Of a DNA stretch of 64,000 nucleotides, positions 8,827 to 18,297 are shown one piece after another. The notes beneath the pieces were generated by a model. That model searched no databases. It was not told the origin of the DNA and saw only the letters and a program-made list of their open reading frames with translations. Source of the stretch: an uncultured Gammaproteobacteria bacterium (GTDB lineage Bacteria > Patescibacteriota > Microgenomatia > Levybacterales > UBA12049); assembly GCA_964507055.1 (NCBI GenBank), contig CAZDOJ010000001.1:465313-529312 (forward strand), written 5' to 3'. How positions within the stretch are numbered: the first letter of the stretch is position 1; every line of letters starts with the position of its first letter. A program made the translations under genes and the position numbers.

Positions 8827-9930
8827 TTGATAATGAAGGATTTGAATAACGCATCACATCAGGAAACGATAACACACGAAGTGTTTCGGGAAGAATCGAC
8901 TGCAAGAAAAGGTAGCCGAAGAACTAGCACAGGAAAGAAATTTACGACACGCAAATTGTTTTCATACCTTCTTATGATTTTGCCACTTTCCATCTTATTT
9001 GCTGGAGCATTTTGGTATTATTTGAGCCCGCAAATTGATAAAGCAGCTGCACCAATTTCTCCTATTCCGGAATTTCTTACTGTTAACCAAAATAGTCAGG
9101 TGACATTGCTTGATCTCTGGTCACCAGTCATTCAACAAATTCATGGAAGTACAGGTAGTGACGCACCAGAACTTACAGCTCAGGGAGTCCTCATGTATGA
9201 TCTGACGAGCGATAAAGTACTGTATGAACGTGAACCACGAGAACGCCGACCAATGGCATCTATAACTAAAATCATGACGGCTATTATTGCGATCGAAAAT
9301 CAAAAAGCAGATAACAGATATGTGGTACGTGAAGAAGATATTGTCGGTGAAAATAGTATGGGTGTTGTCGCAGGAGAAGTAATGACCATGGAAGATCTGC
9401 TGTATGGACTTATGCTCCCATCAGGAAATGATGCAGCGGAAGTGCTTGCGACAAATTATCCTGGCGGACGAGGTGCATTTATTCAGGCCATGAACAATAA
9501 AGCAAAAGCAATGGGACTCACTGATACAAGATTCTCGAATCCATCAGGTCTGCAAGGTGATGGCATCCAATATACAACTCCTTACGATCTTGTCGTTATG
9601 ACCAGATATGCTTTAGAACATCATCCTTTATTTGAACAAGTTGTATCAACGGCAACGCATGAAATTGCAGCAACCGGCGAACATGGAGCGTATAGTCTCG
9701 TCAATGAAACAAATCTTGTCACTACATATCCTGGAGTCCGTGGCGTTAAAACAGGATATACACCAGAAGCGGGCATGTGTTTGGTTACCTATTTAAATTA
9801 TGGTGGACACAAGATTGTGGGAGTTGTTCTAAATAGTGCCGATCGACGAGGTGAAATGAGAATGCTTTTGGATTATTCGCTTAAATCAGTTGGAGTTGAG
9901 CCTCCACCATTTCAAGAACCTATTTATTAA
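8827..9930 (+). CDS. D-alanyl-D-alanine carboxypeptidase (S11, PBP5/DacA-like), membrane anchored
   Basis: 367 aa with SXXK (ASITKIMTA), SXN (LPSGNDAAE) and KTG (GVKTGYT) motifs plus an N-terminal TM. Confidence 0.85.
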   Translation: MIMKDLNNASHQETITHEVFREESTARKGSRRTSTGKKFTTRKLFSYLLMILPLSILFAGAFWYYLSPQIDKAAAPISPIPEFLTVNQNSQVTLLDLWSPVIQQIHGSTGSDAPELTAQGVLMYDLTSDKVLYEREPRERRPMASITKIMTAIIAIENQKADNRYVVREEDIVGENSMGVVAGEVMTMEDLLYGLMLPSGNDAAEVLATNYPGGRGAFIQAMNNKAKAMGLTDTRFSNPSGLQGDGIQYTTPYDLVVMTRYALEHHPLFEQVVSTATHEIAATGEHGAYSLVNETNLVTTYPGVRGVKTGYTPEAGMCLVTYLNYGGHKIVGVVLNSADRRGEMRMLLDYSLKSVGVEPPPFQEPIY

Positions 9931-9939
9931 CAGCCCATC

Positions 9940-10407
9940 CTATATCTTGTGGAATGTGACAGAAGAGTCAATAACTTTTTCTCCATCATAGGTGAATTTT
10001 GCAGAAAAGAATTTCTCTTGATCTATCCATTCTAAGAAATATTTGTCTGCATCCCAGAGATTCAGCTTTACTACATTTTCATCAGCAACCCATTCAAGAT
10101 CCCCCTCAGGAGAATCAATAAGTTCTCCACTGAAATCCTTGATCACAAAAACATAAATATGCCAATCCTCCCCTTCTTTATCAAAATGAGGGAAAAGAAT
10201 CCTTCCAACAAGTTTGGGATTTTTGATAGTTAATCCAGTTTCTTCCTTCACTTCGCGAATTGCACATTCTTCAGGAGTTTCACCTTTTTCAAACTTTCCA
10301 CCAACACCATTCCATTTTCCTTCATGGAGATCATTTATCTTCTTCGTGCGATGCAGCATTAAGGTTTTTCCGTCTTTTTTTATGTAACAAAGTGTGGCAA
10401 GCTTCAT
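9940..10407 (-). CDS. Nudix hydrolase (MutT-like)
   Basis: 155 aa with the Nudix box GKWNGVGGKFEKGETPEECAIREVKEETGL. Confidence 0.85.
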   Translation of the reverse strand: MKLATLCYIKKDGKTLMLHRTKKINDLHEGKWNGVGGKFEKGETPEECAIREVKEETGLTIKNPKLVGRILFPHFDKEGEDWHIYVFVIKDFSGELIDSPEGDLEWVADENVVKLNLWDADKYFLEWIDQEKFFSAKFTYDGEKVIDSSVTFHKI

Positions 10408-10411
10408 ATAA

Positions 10412-10735
10412 TTATTGTACTCTATTGAAAAACTTTGTAGGATATTCTTTTCCTATTTGAGTCGCAATTCCTACCGCATGCAGATCAACTCGCATTAAAT
10501 TCCAACTCACTCTTTTCTGTCCTTTTTCAGGTTCACGGTTTACAGTGACATCAGGAGCTAAATAAAGCTCAGTAACAATTGGTGGAAGAACCGCTAGCAT
10601 CTCATAACCATGTCTACGAAGCTGTTTGGGGCTTCTTGAACTTTGTAACTCTTTAATAACAGAGTCCAATCCTGTCGAAATTGTAGCAAGTGTGCGTTCT
10701 TGTGGGCTTCTTCTATCTCGTTCTCTTCTTTCCAT
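10412..10735 (-). CDS. Hypothetical protein, GC-richer than its neighbours, apparently leaderless
   Basis: 107 aa ORF. TGTATAAT lies 6 nt upstream of the ATG on the minus strand. It is 4 nt upstream of the Nudix gene. Confidence 0.4.
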   Translation of the reverse strand: MERRERDRRSPQERTLATISTGLDSVIKELQSSRSPKQLRRHGYEMLAVLPPIVTELYLAPDVTVNREPEKGQKRVSWNLMRVDLHAVGIATQIGKEYPTKFFNRVQ

Positions 10736-10857
10736 TCAGCCATTATACAATAGCTCAGACATAATTTCCCAACGATATCTCAGCTACGCCTTGAATATTA
10801 TTCGCTTTTTGAGTACAATTACGAGGTGACTATTTTGTCATAGGTTATTTTTAACCT

Positions 10858-10940
10858 GCCGCGGTGGTGGAATGGCAGACACAGGGGCCTTAAGAGCCCC
10901 CGTCCGCAAGGGCGTGCGAGTTCGACTCTCGCTCGCGGCA
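10858..10940 (+). tRNA. tRNA-Leu (anticodon TAA)
   Basis: Hand-folded cloverleaf: acceptor GCCGCGG/TCGCGGC, anticodon loop CTTAAGA, long variable arm, T-loop TTCGACT. Confidence 0.85.
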
Positions 10941-10962
10941 CATCATCGCCAAATGATACATT

Positions 10963-11036
10963 CGGGGACTAGCTCAGTTGGCTAGAGCGCGCGGTTTGGG
11001 ACCGTGAGGTCGGAGGTTCGAGTCCTCTGTCCCCGA
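10963..11036 (+). tRNA. tRNA-Pro (anticodon TGG)
   Basis: Acceptor CGGGGAC/GTCCCCG, D-arm GCTCAGTTGGCTAGAGC, anticodon loop TTTGGGA, T-loop TTCGAGT. Confidence 0.85.
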
Positions 11037-11044
11037 CAAAAAAG

Positions 11045-11070
11045 AAAAGCACCTTATGGGTGCTTTTTTT
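11045..11070. terminator. Bidirectional rho-independent terminator (tRNA operon and the convergent membrane-protein gene)
   Basis: AAAAGCACC-TTATG-GGTGCTTTTTTT hairpin flanked by A-run and T-run. Confidence 0.6.
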
Positions 11071-11074
11071 GTAA

Positions 11075-11566
11075 CTACTTTTGTTCTACGAAGTTGAAGC
11101 CTATATCGGTCATGACTCCAAAGGTTACTCCCCAGAGGATAATGGAAATAGTTTGCCAGAGAATTACTGTTTGTTTATGTACACCTAAAGTAACCATTGC
11201 CATAGAAGTGATTTGACTCGGAAGAATTGTTTGTCCAAGAAGACTCACCCCAGCTACACCATATTTATCAAATATGTCTTTGAACTTTTGTTTTTGGGGT
11301 GAAAGCGGTTCATTTTTATTTTTACGCCACCCATGAAGCTTATGTCCAAACAATACAAGAAGCACCATTGATAACCAATTTCCTATAATCGCTGCTATGA
11401 TCGATACTACGAGAGGAACACCTGCAATGACACCTAATGCAGCACCAAAATATGATTCAACAAACGGTATAGCACTGACTAAAATAACAGCCAGCCATTG
11501 CCAGATAGGATCTGTGGTTTCTACAAATTGACGAATTGAATCAAACATACATTCATAGTAAACCAC
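11075..11566 (-). CDS. Small integral membrane protein (COG2426 / small multidrug-export-like)
   Basis: 163 aa with several TM helices and a central basic loop. Confidence 0.45.
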   Translation of the reverse strand: MVYYECMFDSIRQFVETTDPIWQWLAVILVSAIPFVESYFGAALGVIAGVPLVVSIIAAIIGNWLSMVLLVLFGHKLHGWRKNKNEPLSPQKQKFKDIFDKYGVAGVSLLGQTILPSQITSMAMVTLGVHKQTVILWQTISIILWGVTFGVMTDIGFNFVEQK

Positions 11567-11606
11567 ATATATATAACTTATGTAAATATTTACAGTACGA
11601 TATGTA

Positions 11607-11810
11607 TTATCGAAGTTTCTCGAGAGATGTTGGAGGATAGGACATACCCATCATCATTTGCTGGTAACTATAAATAACTACCATTGCAAAGAGTGCCAAA
11701 ACGATTAGTGTAAGCCAAAGAACGTGATTTGTGTGGTGATGATGAACCTTTTTGCGAGCAGCTTTTTTCATTCCATATATATTGTTACATGGTATCTCAG
11801 AAAAATACAA
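11607..11810 (-). CDS. Small membrane protein, hypothetical (likely shorter, starting at MKKAARKK)
   Basis: His-run followed by a single TM, downstream of the MFS gene. Confidence 0.25.
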   Translation of the reverse strand: MYFSEIPCNNIYGMKKAARKKVHHHHTNHVLWLTLIVLALFAMVVIYSYQQMMMGMSYPPTSLEKLR

Positions 11811-11831
11811 GAGAGTAAATTATATTGAGAA

Positions 11832-13115
11832 TCAACGAAGAGTCACATGCCTATCTGAAACTGCATGTTCGTGTGCAATTTCAACTGCTGGAGTAATAAC
11901 TTGTTCATCATCTCTTCGTATGAGCATCTTCGCGATAAAAGCAGCCGCAACTGCTGCAAGACCAGCAACATATAAACCCCATCTTGGACCAGCTGCCTCA
12001 CCTATCCAACCGATAATAGGAGCACCAATAGGCGTTGTACCGAGAAAGGTGACCGTCCATAAAGACATCACGCGTCCACGCATTTCTGGCAAGCTCTTCA
12101 CTTGAAGATATGCATTTGCTTGTGAGAGAAAATTGGTTGAGACTATGCCTACAAGTACCATTGTTAATGCTGCAAATTGGAGAGTTGGAGAGATAGCAAC
12201 GAGAAATACCGCAATACCAAAGAACAAAGAGATTTGGACGATTGAATTAAGAGACGTTTTCTTTTTACTTGCGGCCATCAATCCCCCAACAACCGCACCT
12301 AGTCCCATCGCCGATGATAAGAGTGCATACCCCGAAACTCCATCGTTAAAAGTAAATTCAGCAAGTAATGGGAGTATCACCTGGAACTCATAAGTAAACG
12401 TACCGATAAGTATCATCATAATAAGAACAGTTCGTAAGGAATGCGTTTGATTTACATACCGCAAGCCATTAATAAATTGCCCACGCAATCGTGCTGCTTT
12501 TTTTGCTGGCATGAGTTCTTTGGCATTCATAATTGCCAGAACTGCCAGAACTGCCACAAATGAAAAGGCATTAATGAAAAAGCATGCAGCCAAACCAACA
12601 GTTGGGACAAGAATACCCGCAATACTTGGACCAATAACACGAGCAAGATTCACCATAACTGCATTGAGTGAAACTGCATTTTTAATATGCTCTTTTCCAA
12701 CCATTTCGAAAATAAAAGTTTGCCTTGTTGGATTATCAAGTGCTGTAACTAGCCCCAAACAAAGAGCCAACGTGTATACCATCCAAAGCTCCACCAAACT
12801 CGTATACAAAAGAACAGCGAGAATCAATGCGAGCAATCCAGCAATAGATTGGGTAACAAAGAGAATTTTTCTTTTCGAGAATCTATCCGCGATTACCCCA
12901 CCAAATGATCCAAAGATTAAAATAGGCAAGAATTGCACTGCAATAAGCAAACCCAATGCAGTACCAGATCCTGTCAGTTGCAATACTAAAAGGCCTTGTG
13001 CAATATTCTGCATCCAAGTACCTGAAAGTGAAATTGCCTGACCGATAAAATACAAGCGAAAATTGTGTATATGCAATGACGAAAATGTCACGCGTCCATA
13101 ACTTCTAATTTTATT
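11832..13115 (-). CDS. MFS transporter
   Basis: 12-TM profile with the MFS motif GVIADRFSKRKIL. Start moved to MNKIRSY because a promoter-like TTGCAA/CATACT lies inside the longer ORF. Confidence 0.8.
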   Translation of the reverse strand, partial: NKIRSYGRVTFSSLHIHNFRLYFIGQAISLSGTWMQNIAQGLLVLQLTGSGTALGLLIAVQFLPILIFGSFGGVIADRFSKRKILFVTQSIAGLLALILAVLLYTSLVELWMVYTLALCLGLVTALDNPTRQTFIFEMVGKEHIKNAVSLNAVMVNLARVIGPSIAGILVPTVGLAACFFINAFSFVAVLAVLAIMNAKELMPAKKAARLRGQFINGLRYVNQTHSLRTVLIMMILIGTFTYEFQVILPLLAEFTFNDGVSGYALLSSAMGLGAVVGGLMAASKKKTSLNSIVQISLFFGIAVFLVAISPTLQFAALTMVLVGIVSTNFLSQANAYLQVKSLPEMRGRVMSLWTVTFLGTTPIGAPIIGWIGEAAGPRWGLYVAGLAAVAAAFIAKMLIRRDDEQVITPAVEIAHEHAVSDRHVTLR

Positions 13116-13277
13116 CATAATCTGTAAGTAAAAGTATGCAAAAGCTGTGGAAAAGCTTTGCAAGAGTGGAGTTGTATGGGAACAGCTCTGGTAGGATTAA
13201 TAAAAACCTCTCTCTATCTATTGTAGCGTAACGAGAAAGACCATTCAACCCACTCACAAACTGATACAATACATCAA

Positions 13278-14135
13278 ATGGAATTTTTAAATACATGGCA
13301 ATTTAATCTCATCGCTTTTATTATCTTTAATGTGCTCTTTTTTCAGTTTTATAAATCAGCGGTGAAAGAGGCAAAAAATGATGGTGCTGCTACAATTCTT
13401 CTCCAATCAATTGCAGGAATAAGTATCTTATTATTTGTGCCATTATTCCCTTTCGTATTCCCAAATGATCCCAAAATCTATCTTTTACTTATTGGAGCAT
13501 GTGCATTTTACGCAATCAGTGATCGTTTGCAGACAACTGCACGAAAACATTTACAAGTTTCCGTTTTCTCAATATTGAACCAGTTCCTCACAATCTTTTT
13601 GATGGTATATGGATTTACACTATTTCGAGAAGCTGTAACACAAGAAAAAATTATTGGAGCATTACTTATCTTATTTGGAAATATATTACTTATTTATAAA
13701 AAAGGTAAATTCGCTATCAACAAATACTCAGTACTATCTGTCGCAGCAAGTTTTGCTTTAGCATCGGCGGTTTCGATAGATATTGGTATTTCTTCAAACT
13801 TTAATTTGCCATTCTATATTATGCTGACACTCATAATTCCAGGAATACTGATTATTGGTGCTGAAAGAATACATCCAAGAAATGTTGTAAAAGAAGCATC
13901 ACGAGTTAATTTCAAACACTATCTAGCAGCAGGATGTGCATGGTCACTTTCTATTCTTTTTTCGCTCCGATCCTTCCAATTTGGAGACGTATCAACAGTG
14001 GTGCCACTGCAAGCAACAGCAGTATTACTTAATGTAGTTATCGCGTCATTCTTACTCAAAGAATCAGACAATCTGTATAAAAAGATTTTGGCGGCTGTGA
14101 TTGTGATCGCCGGCGTGTACGTTACGACATTGTAA
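13278..14135 (+). CDS. DMT/EamA-like permease
   Basis: 285 aa with about 10 TM. TACAAT lies 7 nt before the ATG (leaderless-type). Confidence 0.55.
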   Translation: MEFLNTWQFNLIAFIIFNVLFFQFYKSAVKEAKNDGAATILLQSIAGISILLFVPLFPFVFPNDPKIYLLLIGACAFYAISDRLQTTARKHLQVSVFSILNQFLTIFLMVYGFTLFREAVTQEKIIGALLILFGNILLIYKKGKFAINKYSVLSVAASFALASAVSIDIGISSNFNLPFYIMLTLIIPGILIIGAERIHPRNVVKEASRVNFKHYLAAGCAWSLSILFSLRSFQFGDVSTVVPLQATAVLLNVVIASFLLKESDNLYKKILAAVIVIAGVYVTTL

Positions 14136-15059
14136 CTATTTCATGGCTTCACCAAGTTCATTGAAGCTATCAACACCATTTGCCAAATCTGCTCCCGCCA
14201 TACCCATATGTGCCCCAAGGATATCAACATATGGTTTGATCTTTAACCAGAATGCACCAAGTACCTGAAAAGGAATCATAACTACTCGGACGACCCCGTC
14301 AGCAAATGCACTTACTGCATGAACGATAAACAATAAGACTGTAATAGTTCCATTGAGAAGAACCATAAATAACCAAATAGTTTTTTCAAATATAAAAAGT
14401 GAACTTGTCGCCAAAATTTGACCAGCACGGATTGCATATTCTATAGCTGCTGCACTAATTGTTTGTGATCCTGCTGCAATATTTGTACCAACCAAACTTA
14501 TACTTTGGAGCAGTAAATCACCTACACGGACAAAACCATTAAGCGTCAAATTTCCCATCAATCCCATTGAAATCGACAATGCACTCAAGGCTTGCACGAT
14601 AATAGCCCAGAATGGTCGTGAATCTGGGATAACCAAGAATGCAATAAAAGCTTTTAGGAACATGCTAATAATCAATTGCAAAAAATTTGTAAAACCAGAA
14701 AAATCAGGAGCATTTGGTTTTGGTGTTGAAACTTCAGGAAAGGATATTTCTGGTGTAGTAACCGTAGGAAGAGTAAATGTCGGAAATGTTATGATAGGTG
14801 CTTGAAAAGTTGGTGCTGTGAATGTTGGTAAAACTATTGTTGGGAGCGTCAACGTAGGAATCTCAAGTGTAGGATTGGGAATTGAAGATGTCTGCTCACG
14901 AAGATTGAGATTCATCAAAAGTGTTGTCCCAAATGCGACTGCAAGAATTAATAATGGGAGCAATCCAACAGCCAAAGTCCGCAACGAAAATGTTGATTGC
15001 GGCACAGTATGTCGGGTGTATTTTCTTTTCTGCCTGTTTTTTACCTTAAATTTTTTCAT
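14136..15059 (-). CDS. Membrane protein with a Pro/Thr-rich repetitive linker
   Basis: 307 aa. N-terminal TM, repeats PTL(E/T)IPTLTLPTIVLPTFTAPTFQAPIITFPTFTLP, then a multi-TM C-terminal domain. Confidence 0.5.
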   Translation of the reverse strand: MKKFKVKNRQKRKYTRHTVPQSTFSLRTLAVGLLPLLILAVAFGTTLLMNLNLREQTSSIPNPTLEIPTLTLPTIVLPTFTAPTFQAPIITFPTFTLPTVTTPEISFPEVSTPKPNAPDFSGFTNFLQLIISMFLKAFIAFLVIPDSRPFWAIIVQALSALSISMGLMGNLTLNGFVRVGDLLLQSISLVGTNIAAGSQTISAAAIEYAIRAGQILATSSLFIFEKTIWLFMVLLNGTITVLLFIVHAVSAFADGVVRVVMIPFQVLGAFWLKIKPYVDILGAHMGMAGADLANGVDSFNELGEAMK

Positions 15060-15136
15060 AAGGAATCGGGCAGAACCTATGAATTATACACCTTTTCATC
15101 AAATTATGCATTATTATGGGATATGGATCAGTCTTC

Positions 15137-15165
15137 TTGAGGGAAAACCTGTTTTTTGGTATACT
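15137..15165 (+). promoter_or_regulatory. Sigma70-type promoter of tRNA-Gly (TTGAGG-17-TATACT)
   Basis: The -10 element ends about 10 nt before the mature tRNA 5' end. Confidence 0.5.
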
Positions 15166-15175
15166 TATCAGTATC

Positions 15176-15246
15176 GCGGGTGTAGTTCAATGGTAGAACA
15201 ACAGATTTCCAATCTGTATACGAGGGTCCGATTCCCTTCACCCGCT
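15176..15246 (+). tRNA. tRNA-Gly (anticodon TCC)
   Basis: Acceptor GCGGGTG/CACCCGC, anticodon stem ACAGA/TCTGT, loop TTTCCAA. Confidence 0.85.
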
Positions 15247-15253
15247 CATTTTT

Positions 15254-15841
15254 ATGGCTAACACAACAAATTTTGAAAAGCACACAAATCAAAACCCGAT
15301 CAGTCGATTTTTTCTTGACAACTTCACCAAAGTCCTCATCGAAACAATTAAGCCTTTAAAGCCACAATCAATCCTTGATGTGGGAGCTGGCGAAGGATTT
15401 ACACTTGAGAAATTGCGACAGAATAAAATTGGTAAAAAACTTGAAGGTATCGAATATATGGACGAAGCAATCGAGCTTGGTAAAAAAACAAATCCTCAGG
15501 TAAAAATTAAAAAGGGAGATATTTATAAATTACCATATAAAGACAACGCATTTGAACTTCTCATCTGCACAGAAGTGCTAGAACATCTGGAAGATCCGAA
15601 GTTGGCTGTCGCTGAGATGAAACGAGTAACCAGTAAATATCTTATCCTTTCAGTCCCAAATGAACCACTATTTACTGTCCAAAGATTCTTACGAGGAAAG
15701 AATATCATGAAACTTGGAGATCATCCTGAACATATTCAGCATTGGAACTCAAATTCATTCAAGGAATTTATTGCAGATCAACTTACTGTAAAAGAAGTAA
15801 AAACCCCCCTCCCATGGACCATGGTCACCGCAAAGAAATAG
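15254..15841 (+). CDS. Class I SAM-dependent methyltransferase
   Basis: 195 aa with motif I ILDVGAGEG. Confidence 0.8.
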   Translation: MANTTNFEKHTNQNPISRFFLDNFTKVLIETIKPLKPQSILDVGAGEGFTLEKLRQNKIGKKLEGIEYMDEAIELGKKTNPQVKIKKGDIYKLPYKDNAFELLICTEVLEHLEDPKLAVAEMKRVTSKYLILSVPNEPLFTVQRFLRGKNIMKLGDHPEHIQHWNSNSFKEFIADQLTVKEVKTPLPWTMVTAKK

Positions 15842-15900
15842 ACTCATTGATCTATAAATCCAACTTATTCGGCAATCAGCCCGCAGCATTAAAAAAATAT

Positions 15901-16890
15901 TTATTCCCACTCAGCGATCGCTTTGTAAATAACGATACAGAATGATATAAATGGTATTGCAAGAAGTGCTCCTACAACTCCAAGCAAATTGGCTCCGATA
16001 GAAACACCTACAATAACAATGACAGGATTAAGTCCAACTGCTCGCTCCATGATCTTAGGAACAAGGAGCTGATTTTCAAGCATTTGGATAAGGATGTATG
16101 TCGCGGCAACAACGACCGCCATTGTAGGAGAAATCGTAAGAGCCACAATTACTGCAGGAATCGCCGCAAGGGTTGGCCCAAGCGTTGGAACGACTTCAAG
16201 CATGCCTGCAAGAAGAGCAAGTGGCAAAGCAAATGGAATACCAAGCAGTGTCAGTGCAATCCACGTAATAAGTCCAATAAACAAACTTAGAATCGCCTGG
16301 CCTTGCAACCATGAACCGAGCTTTTCATTAACAAGACTTACTATCCTCATTACCTTATCCTGATGCTGTTTGTGGAATAATCGAGCGATAAACTTTGTAA
16401 AATGATCATTGTAAAGAAGAAGATAAAGACTAACGATAAAGATCGTAACAATAGTGAATACGCCACCAAAGACTCTTGTCGTAACCTCAAATGCACTACT
16501 GGATGCAGCACTTAATTGTCCATTGAGATAGCCTTGTAGTTGTTTTGGATCAATACTGACACCAAATGTTGCCGCTGACCGATCAAGATACTTTGGAAAT
16601 CCTTCGATCAGGGATTCGATCTGTGAGATAACAAAAGGAACGAGTGGGAAAATTAATAAAACTAAGAAAAGCGTGACTGTGAAGTATGGAATAATTACGG
16701 CTAATACCTTTGGCACTTTTCTTTTCCGAAGAAATCCAACAATTGGCAACATCGCAGCCATAATAATGTAGGAAAGAAATAGCGTTACCAAAATATCTCG
16801 TATTTGGAAAACAAACCACAATAAGAGGATGATAAATAGAGCAAATAGAACTTGATTTTTGAGCAGAAAACCGAATAATCGTTGTAACAT
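15901..16890 (-). CDS. AI-2E family transporter (UPF0118/PerM-like)
   Basis: 329 aa with the characteristic 8-TM pattern and a Pro-rich C-terminal half. Confidence 0.75.
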   Translation of the reverse strand: MLQRLFGFLLKNQVLFALFIILLLWFVFQIRDILVTLFLSYIIMAAMLPIVGFLRKRKVPKVLAVIIPYFTVTLFLVLLIFPLVPFVISQIESLIEGFPKYLDRSAATFGVSIDPKQLQGYLNGQLSAASSSAFEVTTRVFGGVFTIVTIFIVSLYLLLYNDHFTKFIARLFHKQHQDKVMRIVSLVNEKLGSWLQGQAILSLFIGLITWIALTLLGIPFALPLALLAGMLEVVPTLGPTLAAIPAVIVALTISPTMAVVVAATYILIQMLENQLLVPKIMERAVGLNPVIVIVGVSIGANLLGVVGALLAIPFISFCIVIYKAIAEWE

Positions 16891-16958
16891 AGCCTGACTT
16901 CACTATATGGAATTGGGAAAGTTTTGTCAATGTAACGAAGAGTTATAGAAGAGCAACT

Positions 16959-18233
16959 TTACTGATCTAACCACTCTGATTTTAATTTATGGAAATTTCC
17001 ATTGCCAATTGCTTCTCGGATCTGCGTCATTAATGATGTAACGAAAAAAAGGTTGTGGTAGGTTGCTAATTGTAATCCCAATAGTTCATTTGCTGCAAAA
17101 AGATGATGGATATATGCTCGTGTAAAGTTCTGACAGACATAACATGTGCATCCAGGATCAATTGGTTGCGGATCAGTTTGGAATCGTTTATTAGTAAAAT
17201 GAAAGACGAAATTGTTCTCTTTGCGTCCACCATTCTTTGGATGAATGAATAAACTCGCATGGCGTGCTCGTCTTGTCGGAGCAACACAATCAAAGAAATC
17301 CATCCCACGAGAAACTGCTTCAAATATATCTTCAATTTCACCTATCCCAAGTAAATGCCGCGGCTTCTCTTCATCAAAGTGAGGGATACAAGCATCGATC
17401 ATTTGTAACAAAACTGCTTTTGAAGTATATGAACCACCGATAGAAAGGGCGTCAAAGTATTTGTTGGTAAACTTTGCAGAAAATTGTCGAAGTTCATCGT
17501 AATGTCCTCCATGAACGATACCATACATTAATTGATCTTTTCTTTTCTGTGCTTGAAGACTTCTAATACCCCATCGACTCGTTCGTTCAAGAGATAATTT
17601 GGTCGTTTCATAATCCCAAAGTGGTGATTCATGATCATCAAATGCCACGATCAAATCTGCTCCTAAAGCTTCCTGAATTGCGATAGACTTTTCCGAATCA
17701 AACCATCTTTTCTCACCATTCAAATGAGAGAAAAACCATACTCCATCATCGTTTACTAGTGCACTTTTTAATTTCTTTTTTTGTCGATCTTCTGTAGTTT
17801 TTGTAACTGCAGGAAGAAGGTTTTGGGTTTCTGCAGGATTGATGAATACTGACTTACTAAATTTATTGAGCTTTTTGCCACCCACCGTTTTTATCTCAAC
17901 CTTTTTCTGGGCAACACCTAATGAAAATACTTGATATCCTCCACTGTCTGTCATCGTTGGTCCTTCCCATCCCATGAACTTTCCGAGCCCTCCCATTTTT
18001 TTGACGACTTCTTCGCCAGGACGAAGATGTAAATGATACGTATTTGACAGTACGATTTGTGCACCAATATCATGAAGTGCTTGTGGCGTTATTCCTTTGA
18101 CGCTTGCCAATGTACCAACTGGAACAAAGGTAGGTGTAAGAATTTCCCCATGAGGAGTTTTAAGCTTTCCCAATCGAGCATTGTTTTTTTTATCCTTTTG
18201 AAGAACGGTAAATTTAAATGATTTTGAACTCAT
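16959..18233 (-). CDS. tgt: Queuine tRNA-ribosyltransferase (tRNA-guanine transglycosylase)
   Basis: LTPTFVPVGT, DCVAPTRRARHASLF, and the zinc site CTCYVCQNFTRAYIHHL. Start moved to MSSKSF. It carries an internal insertion of about 60 aa relative to typical Tgt. Confidence 0.85.
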   Translation of the reverse strand: MSSKSFKFTVLQKDKKNNARLGKLKTPHGEILTPTFVPVGTLASVKGITPQALHDIGAQIVLSNTYHLHLRPGEEVVKKMGGLGKFMGWEGPTMTDSGGYQVFSLGVAQKKVEIKTVGGKKLNKFSKSVFINPAETQNLLPAVTKTTEDRQKKKLKSALVNDDGVWFFSHLNGEKRWFDSEKSIAIQEALGADLIVAFDDHESPLWDYETTKLSLERTSRWGIRSLQAQKRKDQLMYGIVHGGHYDELRQFSAKFTNKYFDALSIGGSYTSKAVLLQMIDACIPHFDEEKPRHLLGIGEIEDIFEAVSRGMDFFDCVAPTRRARHASLFIHPKNGGRKENNFVFHFTNKRFQTDPQPIDPGCTCYVCQNFTRAYIHHLFAANELLGLQLATYHNLFFVTSLMTQIREAIGNGNFHKLKSEWLDQ

Positions 18234-18297
18234 CTGAACCAAACAAGTATACCATATAGTTGGAAAAGGAAGCCAAGCTGGTGTATAATCGTTACTT

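Noticed and set aside
11004-11216. 70-aa plus-strand ORF
   Set aside because: It overlaps tRNA-Pro and the terminator hairpin and is antisense to the 163-aa membrane gene.
14818-15261. 147-aa plus-strand ORF
   Set aside because: It runs antisense through the 307-aa membrane-protein gene and straight across tRNA-Gly (15176..15246). It is an artefact of the open frame.
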